Below, piece by piece: positions 45,039 to 53,135 of a stretch of 64,000 nucleotides of DNA. Source of the DNA: an uncultured Chloroflexia bacterium (GTDB lineage: Bacteria > Chloroflexota > Limnocylindria > QHBO01). The stretch spans positions 319,730 to 383,729 of the forward strand of contig CAWBOA010000003.1 in NCBI GenBank assembly GCA_963790255.1, written 5' to 3'. The translations under genes were made by a program, and so were the position numbers. The notes beneath the pieces are model-generated. The model made no database searches. It worked only from the letters and a program-made list of their open reading frames with translations, and had not been told where the DNA came from. The first letter of the stretch is position 1. The number at the start of each line of letters is the position of its first letter.

Positions 45039-45793
45039 TGTTCGACCTGACCGGCAGGACCGCCCTCGTCACGGGCGGCAGCCGCGGGCTGGGCCGTGCG
45101 ATCGCGCTCGCCCTCGCCGGTCAGGGTGCCGACGTCGCGATCAACTACCGCGGCAACGCGGACGCGGCCGCCGAAGTCGAGGCGAGCATCACCGCCATGG
45201 GCCGTCGCGCCGTGGCGATCCAGGGCGACACGAGCGCCGGCCGCGAGGCGTGCGAGGCGATCGTGAAGGCGGCGATCGACGGCCTCGAATCGGTCCACAT
45301 CCTCGTCAACAACGCCGGCATCACGCGCGACAACCTCCTCATGCGGATGGACGCCGACGAGTGGGACGCCGTGATCGACACGAATCTGAGCGGACCGTTC
45401 TGGATGACCCGCGCCATCGCGCGGCCGATGATGAAGGCGCGCTCCGGCCGCATCATCAACATGAGCAGCGCCGCCGGTCGCATGGGCAACCCCGGCCAGG
45501 CGAACTACGCCGCGGCCAAGGCCGGGCTCATCGGCCTGACCAAGACGACCGCCCGTGAGCTTGCGAGCCGCGGCATCACCTGCAACGCGATCGCCCCCGG
45601 GCTGATCGAGACCGACCTGACCGCCGACATGCCGGCCGCCGCTACCGAGGCGCTGACGGCGCTCACGCCCCTCGGCTACCTCGGGACCGTCGAGGACGTG
45701 GCCGCAGCCGCCGTGTACTTCGCCTCCGATGAGGCGCGCTACGTGACCGGCCAGGTGCTAGGCGTGGATGGCGGCATCGTGATGGGGAGCTGA
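45038..45793 (+). CDS. fabG: 3-oxoacyl-ACP reductase
   Basis: ALVTGGSRGLGRAIA...NNAGITRD...NYAAAKAG (YxxxK)...GQVLGVDGG. Confidence 0.93.
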   Translation: MFDLTGRTALVTGGSRGLGRAIALALAGQGADVAINYRGNADAAAEVEASITAMGRRAVAIQGDTSAGREACEAIVKAAIDGLESVHILVNNAGITRDNLLMRMDADEWDAVIDTNLSGPFWMTRAIARPMMKARSGRIINMSSAAGRMGNPGQANYAAAKAGLIGLTKTTARELASRGITCNAIAPGLIETDLTADMPAAATEALTALTPLGYLGTVEDVAAAAVYFASDEARYVTGQVLGVDGGIVMGS

Positions 45794-45861
45794 CTGCCGG
45801 ACCCATCGACGTCACACCGGCCCACGTCGTACCATCCGCCCGACACCTAGGGAGGGAGCCC

Positions 45862-47238
45862 GTGTTCCGCCACCGCCGCTCAGCGGTCCTCATCGCCGTC
45901 GCCGCGCTGATGGCGCTGGCCGCGCCAGCGTCCGCCGACCCGGGCCAGGCGCCCGCCGGCCGATCCGCCGCCACCGCCGACCATCTCGGCGGCTCCTTCG
46001 AGGCCTGCGGCCGCATCGTGGAGTTCACCGCGCCGATGGTGGGCACGGACGGATCCCTGACCGTCGCCGGCGTGGTGGACGGTGGCGACCATGCGTTCGT
46101 GATCGACGAAACGGCGCCGGTCAGTCCGCTCGTCTCCGCCCTGGCCGCGGCCGGTGAGTGGACGTGCCTGCATCTGATCGGTGACGGAATGGGGATCCTC
46201 GTCGACGTGGCCGTCGCCGACGACACATCGTGCGGCTCGCTTGTGGACGCCGGTGGGACGTTCGTGCTCCAGCCGGGCTCGACCGACCCGTTCACGACCA
46301 CGACGCTCGACGGGGACGCCGCTGCAATCGTCGCCGCCGACCTTGACCTTGCTGCGTTCCTGGGCGCCCTCGCGACGGTCGACGGACCGTTGCTCGCGGA
46401 GCCATGCCTCGAGTTCCAGCTCGCCGGCGACGGGACCCTGGCGGCGATCCTGCTCGACTACGTCGACATCGACCTGCCCGCCAGCATCGCCTGCGGCCTG
46501 GTCGACGGGACGCCGATCCCTTACCGCGACCCGGCCAGCCAGCCGTACCCCGAGGCCGACACGGTCTCGGTCGACGGCTTCGAGATGGATGCGGCGCTCC
46601 TGGCGTCACCGTACCAATCGGTGCTCGCCTTCCATCTCGACGCGACCGCCGAGATCTGCCTGCTCGTCGAGATCGCCGACAACGTCATCGTCGACGCGTC
46701 GGTGATCAACCTCGGTCCGGCCGAGGTCTGTGGCGAGCTCGAGGTCGTCGGTGGGCTCGTCTTCGTCGACACCGTGGTGGTCAGCCAGGGACTGACGGGG
46801 GTGAACTTCGCCGAGCCGTCGGCGGCATCGATCGACCTGGCGTGCTGGACCGCGCGGGCGCAGACGTCCGTCGCGATTGGCGAGCTCTTCCTGTGCGCCG
46901 ACTTCCAGTCGGCGACGGGCACGACCTTCACGGCCTCCGACATCACCTTCCACCTGACGACCGCCGTCGACGGCAGCGACCTGCCGCCGGTCGGCGGCCC
47001 GCAGAGCATGGTGCTCATCGGTCCGGACCCGTTCGTGCCGTTCGGCCCAGCCAACCCGGCGCGGGTCACGACGGCCGACATTGCCGGTTGCGCCGGTCCC
47101 ACCTCGCCCGCGCCGCTGCCCGACACGGGCACCGATGCGCCGTCGTCGACGGTTCCGGCAACCCTCGTGGCGGTCCTGGTCGCGCTGTGGCTCGCCTGCG
47201 CGGTCAGCCTGTCGGTCGTGCGGATTCGTCGCCGCTGA
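45862..47238 (+). CDS. LPXTG-anchored surface protein with four Cys-pair repeat modules
   Basis: Signal peptide MFRHRRSAVLIAVAALMALAAPASA. The C-terminal sorting signal is LPDTG (47116-47130), then a hydrophobic span, then RIRRR. There are four internal modules, each starting xCGxxV and ending xCLxxxxxD. Confidence 0.75.
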   Translation: MFRHRRSAVLIAVAALMALAAPASADPGQAPAGRSAATADHLGGSFEACGRIVEFTAPMVGTDGSLTVAGVVDGGDHAFVIDETAPVSPLVSALAAAGEWTCLHLIGDGMGILVDVAVADDTSCGSLVDAGGTFVLQPGSTDPFTTTTLDGDAAAIVAADLDLAAFLGALATVDGPLLAEPCLEFQLAGDGTLAAILLDYVDIDLPASIACGLVDGTPIPYRDPASQPYPEADTVSVDGFEMDAALLASPYQSVLAFHLDATAEICLLVEIADNVIVDASVINLGPAEVCGELEVVGGLVFVDTVVVSQGLTGVNFAEPSAASIDLACWTARAQTSVAIGELFLCADFQSATGTTFTASDITFHLTTAVDGSDLPPVGGPQSMVLIGPDPFVPFGPANPARVTTADIAGCAGPTSPAPLPDTGTDAPSSTVPATLVAVLVALWLACAVSLSVVRIRRR

Positions 47239-47313
47239 GCCACCCGGCGGGCAGGGTGCTTGCAACGACGTAGCATGCACTCACGCAACCGATGGCCACC
47301 GGAAAGGAGACCG

Positions 47314-47745
47314 ATGCTTTCCCTGCGCACCATGCTTCGACCGACCCGCATCGTGGACGCCCACTGCGACCTCCCGTGCGGCGTCTACGACCCCGAACAG
47401 GCCCGGATCGAGGCCGAGTCCTGCCTCCGTACGATCGAGAAGCACGACGCCAGCGACGACAAGCACTTCCGCGCGCGCGCCGTGCACGTCAAGGAGGAGC
47501 GTGCTGAGCTCGTCAAGCACCATCTCGACGTCCTCTGGCACGACTACTTCAAGCCGGAGCACCTCGAGAAGTACCCAGACCTGCACGAGACGTTCTGGAA
47601 GGCCACGAAGCAGGCGAGCAAGGTCAAGCAGTCGATGGACGCCGGCGCCGCGAAGGAGCTCCTCTCGATGATCGACACGATCGACGAGATGTGGAAGGCG
47701 ACCGGCGGCCCCGAGAAGACACGCGTCGCCGGCCGACCCTCCTGA
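47314..47745 (+). CDS. sodN: nickel-containing superoxide dismutase precursor
   Basis: A 14-residue propeptide is followed by the Ni-hook HCDLPCGVYDP. GGAAAGGAG is the RBS upstream of ATG 47314. Confidence 0.93.
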   Translation: MLSLRTMLRPTRIVDAHCDLPCGVYDPEQARIEAESCLRTIEKHDASDDKHFRARAVHVKEERAELVKHHLDVLWHDYFKPEHLEKYPDLHETFWKATKQASKVKQSMDAGAAKELLSMIDTIDEMWKATGGPEKTRVAGRPS

Positions 47746-47755
47746 CCGTCACCGC

Positions 47756-48208
47756 GTGCGCGCATCGCGGCTGATCTGGATCCCGCTCGTCCCATTCGGG
47801 CTCGCGCTCGCCGCGCGGCGATGGCTTGACGTGGTCGAGGTCCGCGGCGTCTCGATGGCGCCGACCCTGCTGCCCGGCGACCGCGTACTCGTTGCTCGCC
47901 TCCCGGCGCGGACGCAGGACGTCGTCCTCGCTCGAGATCCTCGCGATCCCGGTCGCGAGCTGGTCAAGCGCGTCGCGCGCGTCACGCCGTCCGGTCTCGC
48001 GCTGCGGGGCGACAACGACGCCGCGAGCACCGATGGCCGCGACTTCGGCCCAATCCCGCTGGATGCCGTCGCCTGGCGCGCCGTCCTGCGCTACTGGCCG
48101 CCGTCGCGGATCGGCCGCATCCCGGCGCGGCCGACGCCGTTCCTCCCGGTCGACGAGGGCGGCGAGGCGGCCTGCACGGTGCCGGATGCGTTGATCGCCG
48201 GCTCCTGA
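47756..48208 (+). CDS. sodX: Ni-SOD maturation protease (S26 signal-peptidase family)
   Basis: VRGVSMAPTLLPGDRVLV...LVKRV...LRGDN..AS.DGR are S26 Ser/Lys dyad motifs. It lies immediately downstream of sodN. Confidence 0.85.
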   Translation: MRASRLIWIPLVPFGLALAARRWLDVVEVRGVSMAPTLLPGDRVLVARLPARTQDVVLARDPRDPGRELVKRVARVTPSGLALRGDNDAASTDGRDFGPIPLDAVAWRAVLRYWPPSRIGRIPARPTPFLPVDEGGEAACTVPDALIAGS

Positions 48209-48218
48209 GGTCCGCCGA

Positions 48219-48584
48219 TCAGTCCGGCACGATCTCCACGGGCAGCGACGTGGCCGCCCAGCGGCCCAGCGGCCGGCCATCGGACCAGCCCTGGTACTTC
48301 GCCGCGAGCAGCTGGCGCGCGACAACCTCACCCGGCTCGCCCTCGATCACCCGCGCTCGTCCCCGCAGGGTTCGCCCGCCGATGCGGATGCGGACGCGCG
48401 GATCCGCGATGAGGTTGCGGACCCAGTGCGCTCGCTCGCGGTCGCCGGCCAGCAGGTAGACGCGCTCACCGTCCGTCGCGAACCAGATCTCGATCGTTCG
48501 CGGCCGCTTCGTGCGCCGGCCGGTGGTCTGCAGGTGGCAGATGTTGTCGTCGGCGTGGGCCGCCAGCAGGGCGTCGGCCGTCAC
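48219..48584 (-). CDS. DUF385/nitroreductase-family deazaflavin-dependent oxidoreductase-like protein
   Basis: CHLQTTGRRTKRPRTIEIWFATDGERVYLLAGDRERAHWVRNLIADPRVRIRIGG is the typical DUF385 (F420H2-dependent reductase) fold sequence. I prefer GTG 48584, which overlaps the upstream stop as GTGA. ATG 48617 is an alternative. Confidence 0.7.
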   Translation of the reverse strand: MTADALLAAHADDNICHLQTTGRRTKRPRTIEIWFATDGERVYLLAGDRERAHWVRNLIADPRVRIRIGGRTLRGRARVIEGEPGEVVARQLLAAKYQGWSDGRPLGRWAATSLPVEIVPD

Positions 48585-48949
48585 GGGCCACAGGCGGCGT
48601 CGACCGCGGCGATGCACCCGGAGAGCTCCGCAGGCGCGACCTCGACGCCGGGGCCCGCCTCGGCCGCCACGAGGTGGTCGACGCCGGCCGCCGGACGGAC
48701 GAGGATTCGCGCCCCCGCGGCTCGGTCGCGGAGGAAGTCGACGACGGGCCCGAGACCAGCGTCACCGTAGTCGGCCCGGATCGCCCCGGTGTCCACGAGG
48801 ACGATGTCCGGGATGCGGAGGGTCACCGCCTGGTGAAGGCGAGCCGCGTCGTTGAAGAAGAACGCGATCGCGCCGGCCACGCGCTCGTCGATGCCCGCGG
48901 CCAGCTCCCGGTCGCGCGTCAGGCAGTAGAGGATCGGGTCGGTGGCCAT
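48581..48949 (-). CDS. hypothetical protein, possibly a degenerate CheY-like receiver fold
   Basis: MATDPILYCLTRDRE...IPDIVLVDTGA...ARILVRPAA shows a beta-alpha alternation reminiscent of a receiver domain. There is no firm family match. Confidence 0.4.
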   Translation of the reverse strand: MATDPILYCLTRDRELAAGIDERVAGAIAFFFNDAARLHQAVTLRIPDIVLVDTGAIRADYGDAGLGPVVDFLRDRAAGARILVRPAAGVDHLVAAEAGPGVEVAPAELSGCIAAVDAACGP

Positions 48950-48997
48950 CGGCCCTCGAAGGGTAGCAGCCCGTTCGGACGGTACAATGTCGGGCCC

Positions 48998-49960
48998 ATG
49001 GCGACGACCAGCCCGACCCGCGCCAACGCACGGCGCGACCTCATCACCAAGCGCCACCAGCACCTCGGCAGCCTCCTCGGCCGGGTGTGGGCCGTCGATG
49101 CGGTCGGCGTCGAGGAGCGGGCCGCGTCCCTCGCCAAGCGCAGCATCAAGCGCGAGGCGAAGCTCTGGGCTCTCGACCTGGCGATCCGGATGATGGACCT
49201 CACCACGCTCGAGGGGAAGGACACGCCGGGCAAGGTGCGGGCGCTGGCCGGGAAGGCGCGCCGTCCAGATCCGACCGACCCGTCGATCCCATCGGTCGCC
49301 GCGCTATGCGTCTACCCGAACATGATCCAGACCGCCGTCGAGTCGCTGCGCGGCTCCGGCGTCAAAGTCGCCTCGGTCGCGACGTACTTCCCGTCCGGAC
49401 AGGCTCCGCTCGAGGTCAAGCTGGCCGACGTGCGGGCGGCGGTCGAGCTCGGCGCCGATGAGATCGACATGGTCATCGACCGCGGTGCGTTCCTCGCCGG
49501 CGACTACGCCTCGGTGTACGACGAGATCACGGCCGTCAAGGAGGCCTGTGGCGCAGCGCACCTCAAGGTGATCCTGGAGACGGGTGAGCTCGAGACCTAC
49601 GACAACGTGCGACGCGCATCGGTGCTGGCGATGGCGGCCGGGGCGGACTTCATCAAGACCTCGACCGGCAAGGTCCAGCCGGCGTCGACCCTGCCGGTGA
49701 CGCTCGTCATGCTCGAGGCGATCCGGGACTTCTACGCCCAGACCGGGCGTGCCGTCGGGATGAAGCCGGCGGGTGGGATCCGGACGGCCAAGGAGGCGAT
49801 CAGCTACCTCACGACCCTGTACGAGACGCTCGGGCCGGACTGGATGACGCCCGACCGCTTCCGGTTCGGCGCGTCGAGCCTCCTGAACGACGTCCTCATG
49901 CAGATCCGCAAGGAGCGAACTGGCCGCTACTCGGGCGGCGACTACTTCACGCTCGACTGA
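48998..49960 (+). CDS. deoC: deoxyribose-phosphate aldolase (long actinobacterial form)
   Basis: MMDLTTLEG...VAALCVYP...DEIDMVI...FIKTSTGK (Schiff-base Lys)...KPAGGIRT. A TACAAT -10 box lies 9 nt upstream of the ATG. Confidence 0.9.
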   Translation: MATTSPTRANARRDLITKRHQHLGSLLGRVWAVDAVGVEERAASLAKRSIKREAKLWALDLAIRMMDLTTLEGKDTPGKVRALAGKARRPDPTDPSIPSVAALCVYPNMIQTAVESLRGSGVKVASVATYFPSGQAPLEVKLADVRAAVELGADEIDMVIDRGAFLAGDYASVYDEITAVKEACGAAHLKVILETGELETYDNVRRASVLAMAAGADFIKTSTGKVQPASTLPVTLVMLEAIRDFYAQTGRAVGMKPAGGIRTAKEAISYLTTLYETLGPDWMTPDRFRFGASSLLNDVLMQIRKERTGRYSGGDYFTLD

Positions 49961-49969
49961 GCTGATCCG

Positions 49970-50659
49970 ATGGGGCCGATGCGGGTCGCGCCCGGCACGA
50001 TCGCGGTGTGGTCGGATCTCGGCTGCCCGTGGTCGCACGCGGTCGTCTGGCGCCTCCACGATGCGCGGCGCCGCCTCGGCCTCGAGGGACGGGTCGCCTT
50101 CGACCACCATGCCTTCCCGCTTGAGCTCTTCAACAGCGAGCCGACGCCGTTCTCGCTGCGCGAGGTCGAGTGGCCGATCGCCGCGCGGCTGGCGCCGCAC
50201 GCCGGCTGGCAGGGGTGGGACGCGCCCGCCCATGCCTGGCCGGTAACGCTGCTGCCGCCGATGGAAGCCGTCCTCGCCGCCAAGGGTCAGTCGCTGCGCG
50301 CCTCGGAGGAGCTCGACCGCGGCCTGCGCCGCGCCCTCTGGGGCGAGAGCCGCTGCATCAGCCTCCGTCACGTCATCCTCGAGGTCGCCAACGAGAGCGA
50401 CTCGGTCGATGTGGCGGCCCTGGCCGCCGCCATTGACGACGGCCGAGCGCGTCGGGCCCTCCTCGACGATTGGGCGACCGCGACCGGCGACGAGGTCCGA
50501 GGGTCGGCGCACCTCTTCGCCCCGGACGGCACGAATGCACAGAATCCTGGGATCGTGATCGGCTGGACCTCCGGTGACGGCGAGAGCGTCGGGGCGCCGG
50601 TGATCGAGGCGGACGATCCGCGAGCCATCGAGTCCCTGCTGCGATCAGCGGCCGGCTGA
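49970..50659 (+). CDS. DsbA-like thioredoxin-fold protein (CPWS variant)
   Basis: IAVWSDLGCPWSH sits at the position of the DsbA/FrnE CxxC motif, with only one Cys. The rest resembles DSBA-like oxidoreductases. Confidence 0.6.
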   Translation: MGPMRVAPGTIAVWSDLGCPWSHAVVWRLHDARRRLGLEGRVAFDHHAFPLELFNSEPTPFSLREVEWPIAARLAPHAGWQGWDAPAHAWPVTLLPPMEAVLAAKGQSLRASEELDRGLRRALWGESRCISLRHVILEVANESDSVDVAALAAAIDDGRARRALLDDWATATGDEVRGSAHLFAPDGTNAQNPGIVIGWTSGDGESVGAPVIEADDPRAIESLLRSAAG

Positions 50660-50671
50660 TCTCACGACCCG

Positions 50672-51163
50672 ATGCCCGCCCGCGTTCCATCTCGCGTGCA
50701 CCTTCCGCCGTTCGAGCGGCTCGTCGAAGCCCATGCCAACGAGCTGCATCGGTTCCTCGTGGGGCTCGTCGGCCCGGCCGAGGCGGAGGATTGCCTGCAG
50801 GAGACCTTCATGTCCGCGCTTCGCGCCTATCCTCGACTTCGCCACGCCGACAGCCTGCGGGCCTGGCTGTACACCATCGCGCAGCGCAAGGCGACCGATA
50901 GCGCTCGCCGTCGGACGCGCCGGCCAACGAGGGAGCTTGACGCCATCGAGCCGATCGCGCCGCCCGCGGCCGAGCCGCCGGACGATGGCCTCTGGTCCGC
51001 CGTCCAAGAGCTCCCCGCGAAGCAGCGGGCGGCCGTCGTCCATCGGTTCGTGCTCGACCTTGCCTACGCGGACATCGGTGATCGGATGGGAACGAGCGAG
51101 GAGGCGGCGCGACAGAACGTCAGCGCCGGCCTTCGCCGGCTGCGTCGCGAGGTGATGCCATGA
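50672..51163 (+). CDS. ECF-type RNA polymerase sigma factor
   Basis: Region 2 (AEDCLQETFMSALRAY...LRAWLYTIAQRKA) and region 4 (KQRAAVVHRFVLDLAYADIGDRMGTSEEAARQNVSAGLRRLR). Confidence 0.88.
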   Translation: MPARVPSRVHLPPFERLVEAHANELHRFLVGLVGPAEAEDCLQETFMSALRAYPRLRHADSLRAWLYTIAQRKATDSARRRTRRPTRELDAIEPIAPPAAEPPDDGLWSAVQELPAKQRAAVVHRFVLDLAYADIGDRMGTSEEAARQNVSAGLRRLRREVMP

Positions 51164-51780
51164 GCGGGGATCTCGAGCGGCGGCTGGCGAAGGCGCCCCC
51201 GGCCCGACCGGTGGATATCGATTCGCTGCGCACCGCCCTGGCACGACGCGCCGGCGACGAGGGGCTGCTGGACGTCGCCTACGGCACGCTCGACTCGCCG
51301 CTCGGCGCGCTGACCGCCTTCGTGACGCCCCGTGGCCTCGTCAGGCTGTCCTATCCCGGCGAGCCCGTGGAGAACCAGCTCGAGGAGCTCGCCGCCATGG
51401 TCTCGCCCCGCATCCTGGCCGCGCCGGCGCGAACCGATGGCGTGCGCCGCGAGCTGGACGAGTACTTCGCCGGGACCCGCCGGCGCTTCGAGGTGCCGAT
51501 CGACTGGCGCCTCATGGCCGGCTTCCGCGCCGCCGTGCTCCGCGCCACCTCGCGCATCCCGTTCGGCAGCGTCTCGAGCTACCGGGACGTCGCCGCGGCG
51601 GCCGGCTCGCCGAATGCGTACCGGGCCGCCGGCAACGCCCTCGGCTCCAACCCGGTCCCCATCGTCGTGCCGTGCCACCGCGTCCTCCATGCCGGCGGCG
51701 GCCTTGGCGGTTACACCGGCGGCCTCGAGCGGAAGGAGTTCCTCCTGCGCCTCGAGGGTGCACTCCCCGCGCCGAGGTAG
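51160..51780 (+). CDS. ogt: methylated-DNA--protein-cysteine S-methyltransferase
   Basis: IPFGSVSSYRDVA...NAYRAAGNALGSNPVPIVVPCHRV (PCHR active site)...GGYTGGLERKEFLLRLEG. ATGA overlaps the sigma-factor stop. Confidence 0.92.
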   Translation: MSGDLERRLAKAPPARPVDIDSLRTALARRAGDEGLLDVAYGTLDSPLGALTAFVTPRGLVRLSYPGEPVENQLEELAAMVSPRILAAPARTDGVRRELDEYFAGTRRRFEVPIDWRLMAGFRAAVLRATSRIPFGSVSSYRDVAAAAGSPNAYRAAGNALGSNPVPIVVPCHRVLHAGGGLGGYTGGLERKEFLLRLEGALPAPR

Positions 51781-51822
51781 TCGGGAACCGATCCGCGGAG
51801 CGCCGCGTCCTCACGGGCAACG

Positions 51823-52272
51823 ATGATCCCCAACGGAGGCCGCACCGCCGTGCGCACTCGACTCTCGCTCGCCCTCTCGATCCTTCTCATCCTCGCCGCC
51901 TGCGCTCCAGCCACACCCGGCGGCGGGTCTGACGACCCGGCCACCGGCACGCCGGGAGCCTCGGGGGGTGGCGCGGGCGCCAATGCCGACGGGACCCTGA
52001 CGATCACCGACGACGTGGTCGACGATCCCGCGGTCCAGGTCCGAGACGCGCTCGCCGCCGACGGCCCGGTTCGCGTCTCGGGCTCGCTGTTCGTCGACGC
52101 CGATGGCGCCGTCCTGCTCTGCGCAGCGATGGCGGAGTCGTTCCCGCCGCAGTGCGGGGGCGAGCGCCTCGAGGTGATCGGCCTCGACCTCGACGACCTC
52201 GACCTCGAAGGGGCGAACGGCGTTCGCTGGAGCGAGGTGCCGGTCGAGCTGGTCGGCACGGTGGGCGAGTGA
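51823..52272 (+). CDS. hypothetical lipoprotein
   Basis: Signal peptide plus lipobox LILAAC|A. I recognise no family. Confidence 0.55.
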   Translation: MIPNGGRTAVRTRLSLALSILLILAACAPATPGGGSDDPATGTPGASGGGAGANADGTLTITDDVVDDPAVQVRDALAADGPVRVSGSLFVDADGAVLLCAAMAESFPPQCGGERLEVIGLDLDDLDLEGANGVRWSEVPVELVGTVGE

Positions 52273-52694
52273 TCCGGCTCGCCGCGCTGGTCCTCCTGCT
52301 GGCTGCCTGCGGCTCTCCCACGCCGTCGGGCGGGACCGGGACGATCGTCATCACTGCGGTCTACGAGGTCCCCGGTGGCAACCAGCCCGTGTCGATCGGG
52401 GGCTATGGGGTGTTCGCCACCATCCCCGGCCACGTGGAGGAGGAGCAGGAGGTCCCGTTCGAGGACGAGCTCCGCTTCGACCTCCCGGCCGGCACGCACC
52501 ACCTGGCACTGGTGACGCGGGCGGCCAGCGACATGATCTCCTGCGTCGAGGGCGGGGAGTGCGAACGCGAGTTCTTCGACATCTCGGCGGTATGTGAGGA
52601 CGACGTCGACGTCCCCGCTGGTGGGACGGTCTTCGTGACCTACCGCGCCATCGGTGGGGAGCGCTGCGAGGTGGCGGTCGACGCCGGCGCGTGA
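52269..52694 (+). CDS. hypothetical lipoprotein
   Basis: The GTG start overlaps the upstream stop (GTGA). Lipobox LLLAAC|G. The mature part is Cys-containing. Confidence 0.5.
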   Translation: MIRLAALVLLLAACGSPTPSGGTGTIVITAVYEVPGGNQPVSIGGYGVFATIPGHVEEEQEVPFEDELRFDLPAGTHHLALVTRAASDMISCVEGGECEREFFDISAVCEDDVDVPAGGTVFVTYRAIGGERCEVAVDAGA

Positions 52695-52716
52695 GCCCTG
52701 GCGCGCCCCGCCCGGC

Positions 52717-53082
52717 CTAGGCGCGGGCGAGGAGGACGGCGATCAGCCCCAGCGCCGCCGGCAGCGCCTGCACGACCAGGATGCGGCGCGAGACCGTGAG
52801 CCCGCCGTAGATCCCGGCCACGATCACGGCGCCGAGGAAGAAGACGCGGAACGCGAAGGCGGTTGGCTCGGGTGCCACGAGGCTCCACGCCAGCCCGGCG
52901 GCCAGGATCCCGTTGTAGAGGCCCTGGTTCGCCGCGAGCGTGGCCATCGTCTCGGCCTCCTCGGGAGTGGTGCCGAAGGCGCGACGGCCGTATGGCGAGC
53001 GCCACAGGAACATCTCCATCACCAGGAACGAGACGTGGAGCAGGGCGGTCACGGCGATGAGCACGACGGCAACGACGGACAT
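52717..53082 (-). CDS. DUF1304 membrane protein
   Basis: LLHVSFLVMEMFLW....FG......A.NQGLYNG.LA.GL is typical of DUF1304. Four hydrophobic spans. Confidence 0.75.
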   Translation of the reverse strand: MSVVAVVLIAVTALLHVSFLVMEMFLWRSPYGRRAFGTTPEEAETMATLAANQGLYNGILAAGLAWSLVAPEPTAFAFRVFFLGAVIVAGIYGGLTVSRRILVVQALPAALGLIAVLLARA

Positions 53083-53135
53083 CCGGCCCCATCATCGCCG
53101 AAACGGGTCGGCGCCGAAGCCGTAGCGGGGCTGGA

